Source: Methanobrevibacter cuticularis | GTDB lineage: Archaea > Methanobacteriota > Methanobacteria > Methanobacteriales > Methanobacteriaceae | DNA: 24,000 nt | Assembly (NCBI RefSeq): GCF_001639285.1 | Contig: NZ_LWMW01000117.1 | Coordinates: forward strand, 58,203-82,202 | Direction: 5' to 3' | In this document: one piece after another, positions 18,027-24,000 of the stretch | Layout of the letters: each line of letters starts with the position of its first letter | Numbering within the stretch: position 1 is the stretch's first letter | The notes under the pieces: model-generated | The model's database searches: none | What the model was told of the DNA's origin: nothing | The model's input: only the letters and a program-made list of their open reading frames with translations | Translations under genes and position numbers: made by a program

Positions 18027-18063
18027 CATTTTAATATTTCCTTATTCTTTTATCTTAGTTAAT

Positions 18064-19311
18064 TTAAGTAAACATAGTGAAATATATAACCATAGCTGGA
18101 ACAATCAATACTCCCATCAAATGAGATTTGCTAATACCTAAATAATGTGGAAGCAAGCCTAAAGCTGTTGAAGCTATAAGCATCAAAGTTAGATATGGAA
18201 GGGGTGCTTTGTATATAATCCCAAATATGTATAAAATAGCTATCATCAACACTATCACTGAAATGGACAATTTTTTGTAGTCTACATTTTCCATTAGTCT
18301 TGAAAAACTATCTCCTAATTTTAAACATAGAATCACGGAAATAGCTACTGATGTGAGTGCTGTAAAAGTGAAAATCATTAAATGTGAGATTGAAAAAGTC
18401 TCTATGAGATAATTCATGTATACAGCTATTCCACTTCTGGGGTTACCTATTAAATAAATTGCAAATAATGAAAATAAAGTATCTGAAGTATTTAATCCAC
18501 TTATGGAAGTTAGAAAATTTGTGGTATCATCTTCACCATCACTTCCCATTGCTACTTGGACTATGACTCCTCCCTGGGCAGGACCAAATCCTGGTAAGAA
18601 ACCTAAAATAGATCCAGCTATTCCTCCTGCAAATGTGCTTTTTATCATATCTTTGTTTAACTCCAAATCATAGAATTTGTTTTGATGTGGTATGAAAGAT
18701 CCATCATTTAAGCTGAACAATATTGTACTGATTCCAAACAACCCTGAAAAAATACACATCATAGCTAAGCCTGAAGATATTGGAGTCTGAAACATTGTCC
18801 ATCCCATGATTCCAGATAATATGAATAAAATGAGTGACCATCCAAATGCTCTCATTCCATTACTCATTCTCCAAGTCATGTAAATTGAACCAAAGAATAG
18901 AAGTATACATGTAAATGGTTTAATAAAAGAGTGAGTTGCAGGTAGTAAAATAGCAAAAACAGGAAGCATTAAAATAGTGACTATTATTGCCCCAAATCCT
19001 CCTAAAGAAACAATTCTAATAGCTTCTTTTGATCTTCCTTCTAAAACCATTCTATGCCCAGGTAGCACTGATAAAGCAGAACCTTCCTCTGGGACCCCTA
19101 ACATCATAGATGGTACAAACTCAATCATGGCATGAGCAATAGACATAGCTACCAAAAATACACAGAGAAACTCAGGGGATAAAAAACCCAACAAAAAAGT
19201 AGATGAAGCAAATATTATAGCTCCAGCTGTGTTAACATGAATTCCTGGAATAAATCCAGTTAATGCACCACATGCAATTCCTAAAAAGCAAGCTAAAACA
19301 AGATCAAACAT
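18064..19311 (-). CDS. TctA-family (DUF112) integral membrane permease
   Basis: Polytopic hydrophobic ORF (about 10-12 TM helices) with an internally repeated motif, GALTGFIPGIH and GSILGFLPGFG, as in TctA-type transporters. The ORF is open from TTG 19332; ATG 19311 (MFDLVL...) is the more plausible start. Confidence 0.6.
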   Translation of the reverse strand: MFDLVLACFLGIACGALTGFIPGIHVNTAGAIIFASSTFLLGFLSPEFLCVFLVAMSIAHAMIEFVPSMMLGVPEEGSALSVLPGHRMVLEGRSKEAIRIVSLGGFGAIIVTILMLPVFAILLPATHSFIKPFTCILLFFGSIYMTWRMSNGMRAFGWSLILFILSGIMGWTMFQTPISSGLAMMCIFSGLFGISTILFSLNDGSFIPHQNKFYDLELNKDMIKSTFAGGIAGSILGFLPGFGPAQGGVIVQVAMGSDGEDDTTNFLTSISGLNTSDTLFSLFAIYLIGNPRSGIAVYMNYLIETFSISHLMIFTFTALTSVAISVILCLKLGDSFSRLMENVDYKKLSISVIVLMIAILYIFGIIYKAPLPYLTLMLIASTALGLLPHYLGISKSHLMGVLIVPAMVIYFTMFT

Positions 19312-19352
19312 CTTATCACACTTGCAATACAATTATATTTTTATTATTAATA

Positions 19353-19451
19353 TTTTTTGAAAATTAGTATAGATTTATTTTATTAGTATTTTTATTTTAT
19401 TAAGATCTTTTTTTGAAAATTAATATAGATTTATTTTATTAATATTTTTAT
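19353..19451. repeat. ~43-bp direct repeat x2 (period 56 bp) upstream of the TctA-like gene
   Basis: ttttttgaaaatta(g/a)tatagatttattttatta(g/a)tattttta occurs at about 19353-19395 and 19409-19451. Confidence 0.88.
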
Positions 19452-19602
19452 TATTCTTCACTACATTATTATTCTTATTATTAATTATTATAAAAATGAA
19501 TAAATAAAAAAGAATTAAATAAAACACGCAGGATTAATGCTATCAATTATTGTCATTATAAAAAATGCAAAATAAAAAAGAATTGAATATTAAAGAATAA
19601 CT

Positions 19603-19872
19603 TTACATTAATCTTCTAACATCCATAACTTCAATACTGTTGACACTAGGAACGTTGGTTAATTTTTCTTCTACTACTTCAGTTCCGCCTTCATCATCAT
19701 CAACAATAAACACAACATTCAAAGCAACTAAACCAAAAGCTATTGGTTCTTCTTCGATTTTGTGAAGTTCTGCTTCTCCTTCAATAGCACCTTGAACATC
19801 AATTTTCATTTGTTCTAAATCGACATCAGGACTTTCAGGCATTAATTTTACGGTTGCAACAACTTCTCCCAT
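19603..19872 (-). CDS. Translation elongation factor 1-beta (aEF-1beta)
   Basis: MGEVVATVKLMPESPDVDLEQMK ... EEPIAFGLVALNV ... VMDVRRLM matches the remembered aEF-1beta sequence pattern. A GGAGGA SD (19880-19885, minus strand) lies 7 nt before ATG 19872. The track's start at 19878 is too close to the SD. Confidence 0.93.
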   Translation of the reverse strand: MGEVVATVKLMPESPDVDLEQMKIDVQGAIEGEAELHKIEEEPIAFGLVALNVVFIVDDDEGGTEVVEEKLTNVPSVNSIEVMDVRRLM

Positions 19873-20658
19873 TTTCATATCCTCCAGAATATTTCTAGTT
19901 TAAATTTAATTTAAGTTTACTTAAAATTTATTTTATAACTTAAATTTTATATTATACATTAAGATAGTTTTTATACTTTTTATATATTTGTGGTGCATAT
20001 ATTTTATTTGTATACTATTTATTCTTACTATATCCTCATAATTTCAAATTATATTATAAATTATATTAATATTCGCTAATTATATTCGCTAATTATATTG
20101 TAAATTATACTATATTTGCTAATTATATTAATAGCTAATAGTGTTTTATGAAATAATTGGATTTCATACTTAATAATTCTGATAATTATAATAATATTTG
20201 GTGAAATAATTTAATTCATATAATTTAATCATGACTTAATAGATGTAACTTAACTTTTTAGTATTATCATTGCATATATTAGTAATAAAATACTAACTAG
20301 TTATATTGATAATAGCTATATTTAATGTTTTTGATTTATTTCATCTAAATAATCCAAAAAAGAGCTAATAAATAAGTAATTTATTAATAAAACATATACC
20401 AAGCAAAAATATCTATTTATTTCAAATTTAAAGATTAAGTTTAATATTATATATTAAATAAAATTATCATCTTTGTTCTAAAATTGGTGATTTATGAAAC
20501 TTTTTTTATTAAAAAATCAATTTTATAGCTTTTTTAATAAATTTCTAAGAATGATAAATTTATAATAAAATAGTAAAATTTCTTAAAAAATTTAGTCTTT
20601 TAAGAATTTAAGTGTTTTAAAACTATATTTACATAATAAAGTTAGTCCATTAAAAAAT

Positions 20659-20820
20659 CTAAGGTCCTTCAAAACCACAATCACATACGTAAGTATGGCC
20701 AAAAGTACGACATTTTTCACATCTTGCTATAATTTCATCACATTCAGGGCATGTGAATTGAACGTAAGGTTCAATTAAAGGTATTTCTTGCTTACAAGAT
20801 TTACATTCTACTTTCTTCAT
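20659..20820 (-). CDS. Small Zn-ribbon protein (53 aa), the type usually linked to EF-1beta in archaea
   Basis: Not in the supplied ORF track. My translation is [53 protein letters not shown], with four C-x(1-2)-C pairs (CKSC, CPEC, CEKC, CDC). A GGTGA SD lies 5 nt upstream. The start overlaps the 3' end of the upstream kinase-family gene by 20 nt. Confidence 0.7.
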   Translation of the reverse strand: MKKVECKSCKQEIPLIEPYVQFTCPECDEIIARCEKCRTFGHTYVCDCGFEGP

Positions 20821-21448
20821 CTATCTCACCTCTAATATATGTGTATTGAAAATCATGATCATATTCACTGTCTTTAATTAAAGATAAAACTCTCTCTGGG
20901 AAGTTTCCATTGACAACAAAACAGTTCATCCCGAACTTAAGCAATAGCTCTCCTAACATCAAGTCAACCGATGTTTCATTAAAAGTCAGTAGTTTTTTAG
21001 CATCAATCTCATCCATAAATTTTGAATTATGGGAGTTAGGTTTTCGGGTATATATACCATCTACATTTGTAGCTATTAAAAGTTTCGCTTTTGTTAAGTT
21101 TGCAATATATGCTGAAATTGAATCAGAAGTTAAATTCCAAGAATGTTGAATTTCATCATTCTCTTTTAAAATATCTGAACATTGCATTATAGGAATCTTT
21201 CCACTTTTTGAAACTTTGATCGCTTCTTCAAGCGAATCAACAATTTCTGTAAAATCAAATTTATCATTTAGGAGTTTAGCTATTATATCCATAGAATCAA
21301 TAGCTGTTTCATGGGTTATATCTTTAGAGAAAGAAACTTCTTCATCATACTTTCTAATAAGGTTTGCAAATTGCCCTCCTCCATTAATGATTAATGAATT
21401 TGTTCCTCTTAAAACTTGAATAAGATCTATGGCCTCATCAGGAAACAA
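20801..21448 (-). CDS. Amino-acid-kinase (Asp/Glu/uridylate kinase) family protein, possibly the methanofuran-pathway kinase MfnE
   Basis: Family motifs include [25 protein letters not shown] and CFVVNG. The in-frame codons just upstream of the track's TTG start encode EWVVKIGGS, the family's N-terminal glycine loop, so the real start is probably near 21478-21481. The MfnE assignment rests on size (~225 aa) and remembered synteny with EF-1beta, and is unverified. Confidence 0.6.
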   Translation of the reverse strand: MFPDEAIDLIQVLRGTNSLIINGGGQFANLIRKYDEEVSFSKDITHETAIDSMDIIAKLLNDKFDFTEIVDSLEEAIKVSKSGKIPIMQCSDILKENDEIQHSWNLTSDSISAYIANLTKAKLLIATNVDGIYTRKPNSHNSKFMDEIDAKKLLTFNETSVDLMLGELLLKFGMNCFVVNGNFPERVLSLIKDSEYDHDFQYTYIRGEIDEESRM

Positions 21449-21522
21449 ACTTCCTCCTATTTTAACAACCCATTCGATTATGTTATCACCTAAACTAATT
21501 AAAATTTTAAATCAATTATAAG

Positions 21523-21564
21523 TATATTCATGTTATTAATCATGACTATATTCATGTTATTAAT
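21523..21564. repeat. 18-bp direct repeat x2 (period 24 bp) upstream of the kinase-family gene
   Basis: tatattcatgttattaat occurs at 21523-21540 and 21547-21564. Confidence 0.9.
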
Positions 21565-22053
21565 TATAATTATTATCATTATTAATTGTTGTTATATATA
21601 AGATTCAAATAGGCATTATCTAATAGTATTTAATAGATATTAAAATTTTAAATTGGGGGTTTTTAGATTTTTTTCATGATTTTTTCATGAAATTGTGTTC
21701 TGTTTTAGAGTTGGAATTTCATTTTGATGAGTTTTTCATAGATAATGTATATTTTATTTCGTGAAAAATTTGTTAAAAATTCGTTAAACTTCCTGTAGTT
21801 AGATTCTGATGAGTATCCTTTTTTTGGGATTGGTGTAATTATTTACATATTGGTATAACACTTTCTTTTGTCTTCTTTTTAAGTATATATTAAATGGTAG
21901 GATTATTGCTATTGTGATGTATTAATTATTATTCTTTATAATAGAAGAATAAATGGAAATTCCGATGAGGGATTAGATAGCTTATTTTTATGAAAAAGAT
22001 AATTTTATGAGCTTAAATTTATCGTGAATGGTTTTAAGTTCTTTAAATGTTTA

Positions 22054-22066
22054 GGGGGGGGGGGGG
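22054..22066. repeat. G13 homopolymer tract
   Basis: I counted 13 consecutive G (22054-22066) in an otherwise AT-rich non-coding region, 456 nt upstream of the adhesin-like gene start. Confidence 0.97.
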
Positions 22067-22521
22067 TAATCTATGAAATTATATCTGCTTTGTGGTTTCT
22101 TTTTGTTTTTGTATTGAGGTGTGTAGAAGGGATATATTTATATATGGGTAATTACTATAGGTATGTTTGTCCAGTAATTAAAAGTTAATAGTTTAATAGT
22201 ATACTAATTGTTTTTTCATGAACTAACAAGTTTTTTTCATTGTTTTATGAATCAATAAGTTTAGTAGAATTATTAAATATTTTTTATATTAATAAGCTGG
22301 CAATTGTAATGAACATTAATTTAAGAAAAAACATGTTTCGATATATAAAAAAAAGTAACAATTTAATGTTCAAAAAAAGAGGTGAAAGATATTATGAGTA
22401 AAAATAAAAAAAATAATAAAAAAATGATTTAGTGATTATTCGCTATTTTTTAACTTACAATTATTATAATATATAAAATAATGAAAAAGGAGATGAGAAA
22501 ATAAAAAATTATAAAAAAACA

Positions 22522-24000
22522 ATGCTAAAAACGAGCATACTAATAGCTACCATTTTACTACTAGCTATTAGCTTAAACTCCAGCTTTGCAACCACTGTAA
22601 ACATTGATAATTCAACAGATGTTGGAGGAATCAAACAAGGACTAATCAATTCAACAGATACTACAGGTAATATCATAAACTTAGCTATTGGAAACTACAC
22701 AGGAGATAACAATACAAACTTAGCTATTAACAAAAATGTAACAATACAAGGAAACGGACCTACTGATAAGATAGTAATCGACGCACAAGGACAAAACCGA
22801 AGAATATTCACCATAGACAATAATGTGAATGTGACTTTCATAAACATAACATTCACAAATGGAAATGTTACAGGTGATGGTGGAGCAATATACAATAACC
22901 ACGCTACAACAACGATGACTTTCATCAACTGCACATTCACAAACAACAACGCAAGTGATTATGGTGGTGCTATCTACAATGGTGGTGTTAATATGAGTGT
23001 TAGTGATTCTAATTTCATTAACAACACTGTAGGTAATCAGGCTGGTGCTATCTACAATTTTGGTACTAATGTGAGCGTTAGTGGTTCTAGTTTCATTAAC
23101 AACACTGCAGCTCGAGGTGGTGCTATCTACAATAGTGGTGGTAATATGAGTGTTAGTAGTTCTAATTTCACTAACAACACTGCAAGTGCTTATGGTGGTG
23201 TTATCTACAATGCTGGTGGTAGTAATATGAGTGTTAGTGATTCTAATTTCATTAACAACACTGCAACTACTACTGGTGGTGCTATCTACAATGCTGGTGT
23301 TAGTAATATTGGTGTTATTGGTTCTACTTTCATTAACAATACTGCAAATAATAATGGTGGCGCTATAAGCCTTAATAGTGGTTTTAATTGTAGTATTAGT
23401 GGTTCTACTTTCATTAACAACACTGCAGGTCGTGGTGGTGCTATCAACAATAATGCTATTGGTTCTATGATTAGTGATTCTACTTTCATTAACAATACTG
23501 CAACTACTACTGGTGGTGCTATCACAAGTAGTGGTGATACTCTTAGTGTTAGTGGTTCTATTCTCACTAATAACAATGCAGCTGAGGGTGGTGGTATCAT
23601 GAGTGAAGGTGGTAATCATGATATAAATATTAATAATAATGTTATAGTTAATAATACTGATAGTACTGGTTCTTCTGATATTGTAATCGATGGTAGTGTT
23701 ACTGTTGGCGATAAAAATATAATAGGCAGTGTTACTAATAATGGTAATGGTAATTTGTCTGTTACTGGTGAAAATAACAACGTTGGTGATTTAACTAACA
23801 AGGGTAATGCTGATTTAGGAACTAACAATGCTTTCGATAATCTCATTAACGATGGAAATACAACTGTTGGAGGTAACAATACATTAAGTAATGTTACTAA
23901 TAATGGTAATGGTAATTTGTCTGTTACTGGTGAAAATAACAATGTTGGTGATTTAACTAACAAGGGTAATGCTGATTTAGGTGCTAATAATGCTGTTGAT
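22522..24000 (+). CDS. Secreted adhesin-like protein with parallel beta-helix (PMP / pectate-lyase-like GGAIYN) repeats; 5' partial, continues beyond the window
   Basis: Not in the ORF track because there is no stop codon in the window. I read 493 codons from ATG 22522 to 24000 without a stop. It has a signal peptide, MLKTSILIATILLLAISLNSSFA. About 10 coils follow with pattern F(I/T)NNTA-x3-GGAIYN-x2-G-x-(M/V)SVS-x-S, then NGNGNLSVTGENNNVGDLTNKGNADLG repeats. The nearest in-frame upstream stop is at 22474. Confidence 0.85.
   Translation, partial: MLKTSILIATILLLAISLNSSFATTVNIDNSTDVGGIKQGLINSTDTTGNIINLAIGNYTGDNNTNLAINKNVTIQGNGPTDKIVIDAQGQNRRIFTIDNNVNVTFINITFTNGNVTGDGGAIYNNHATTTMTFINCTFTNNNASDYGGAIYNGGVNMSVSDSNFINNTVGNQAGAIYNFGTNVSVSGSSFINNTAARGGAIYNSGGNMSVSSSNFTNNTASAYGGVIYNAGGSNMSVSDSNFINNTATTTGGAIYNAGVSNIGVIGSTFINNTANNNGGAISLNSGFNCSISGSTFINNTAGRGGAINNNAIGSMISDSTFINNTATTTGGAITSSGDTLSVSGSILTNNNAAEGGGIMSEGGNHDININNNVIVNNTDSTGSSDIVIDGSVTVGDKNIIGSVTNNGNGNLSVTGENNNVGDLTNKGNADLGTNNAFDNLINDGNTTVGGNNTLSNVTNNGNGNLSVTGENNNVGDLTNKGNADLGANNAVD
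23731..23982 (+). repeat. Intragenic direct repeat of ~90 bp with 162-bp (54-codon) period in the adhesin-like gene
   Basis: gttactaataatggtaatggtaatttgtctgttactggtgaaaataacaa(c/t)gttggtgatttaactaacaagggtaatgctgatttagg occurs at 23731-23820 and 23893-23982 with 2 mismatches. Confidence 0.9.

Noticed and set aside
20494-20565. 23-aa ORF (MKLFLLKNQFYSFFNKFLRMINL) after a GGTGA motif in the long spacer upstream of EF-1beta
   Set aside because: The SD-like motif is only 3 nt from the ATG, the composition simply mirrors the AT-rich spacer, and there is no recognisable motif. Not supportable without expression or conservation data.
21724-21970. CUGAUGA / UGAUGA motifs (21725-21730, 21806-21812, 21964-21969) suggesting a hammerhead ribozyme core or C/D-box sRNA C boxes
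   Set aside because: For the hammerhead, the stem after CTGATGAG (atcc ... ggat) is not followed by the obligatory GAAA core. For C/D sRNAs, no CTGA D box or D'/C' elements lie at the expected 50-70 nt distance. These are probably chance matches.
22695-23963. Four minus-strand ORFs (22695-22949, 22720-23619, 23286-23600, 23616-23963), up to 299 aa
   Set aside because: They are antisense to the adhesin-like gene, which has a signal peptide and a recognisable beta-helix repeat family. Their translations are low-complexity T/S/V/I or L/P strings with no start context. They are open only because of the biased repeated codons.
1-24000. Search by eye for tRNA/rRNA genes, IS elements/transposases, integrases, toxin-antitoxin or defence-system genes
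   Set aside because: No GC-enriched 70-90-nt cloverleaf-like segments were seen in the spacers, there is no rRNA-like sequence, and none of the ORF translations show transposase, integrase, nuclease-helicase or Cas motifs. Absence is based on visual inspection only and should be confirmed with tRNAscan, Rfam and HMM scans.

Overview
Very AT-rich archaeal chromosomal segment. By gene content and protein motifs it comes from a methanogen of the Methanobacteriales (Methanosphaera/Methanobrevibacter-like). All calls come from reading the ORF translations and the DNA; no database search was possible. I support 20 protein genes, mostly housekeeping and methanogen cofactor genes: RNase HII, an ExbB/ExbD-like proton-channel pair, IMP cyclohydrolase PurO, F420 genes cofE and cofD, GTP cyclohydrolase III (arfA), an archaeal DUS/NifR3-like TIM-barrel protein, MCR activation component A2 (atwA), a small duplicated Cys-rich protein, precorrin-2 dehydrogenase plus hemA, a type IV pilus-like ATPase and platform pair, a Cys-rich SAM methyltransferase, a TctA-like permease, EF-1beta, a 53-aa Zn-ribbon protein missing from the ORF track, an amino-acid-kinase family protein, and the 5' part of a secreted beta-helix adhesin-like protein that runs off the window (also missing from the track). 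I recognised no rRNA, tRNA, CRISPR, transposase or phage genes. The most unusual property is non-genic: almost every intergenic spacer holds its own near-perfect tandem duplication (units of 16-75 bp, 2-8 copies, units unrelated to each other), and two genes carry perfect or near-perfect in-frame tandem repeats. Other items worth follow-up are a G13 homopolymer in the long non-coding region upstream of the adhesin gene, two genes whose conserved N-terminal motif lies upstream of any ATG/GTG/TTG codon, an ExbBD-like module in an organism with no outer membrane, and an orphan pilus ATPase/platform pair with no pilin gene nearby. I did not find a clear multi-gene novel system such as a defence island; the candidates are listed with modest interest scores.
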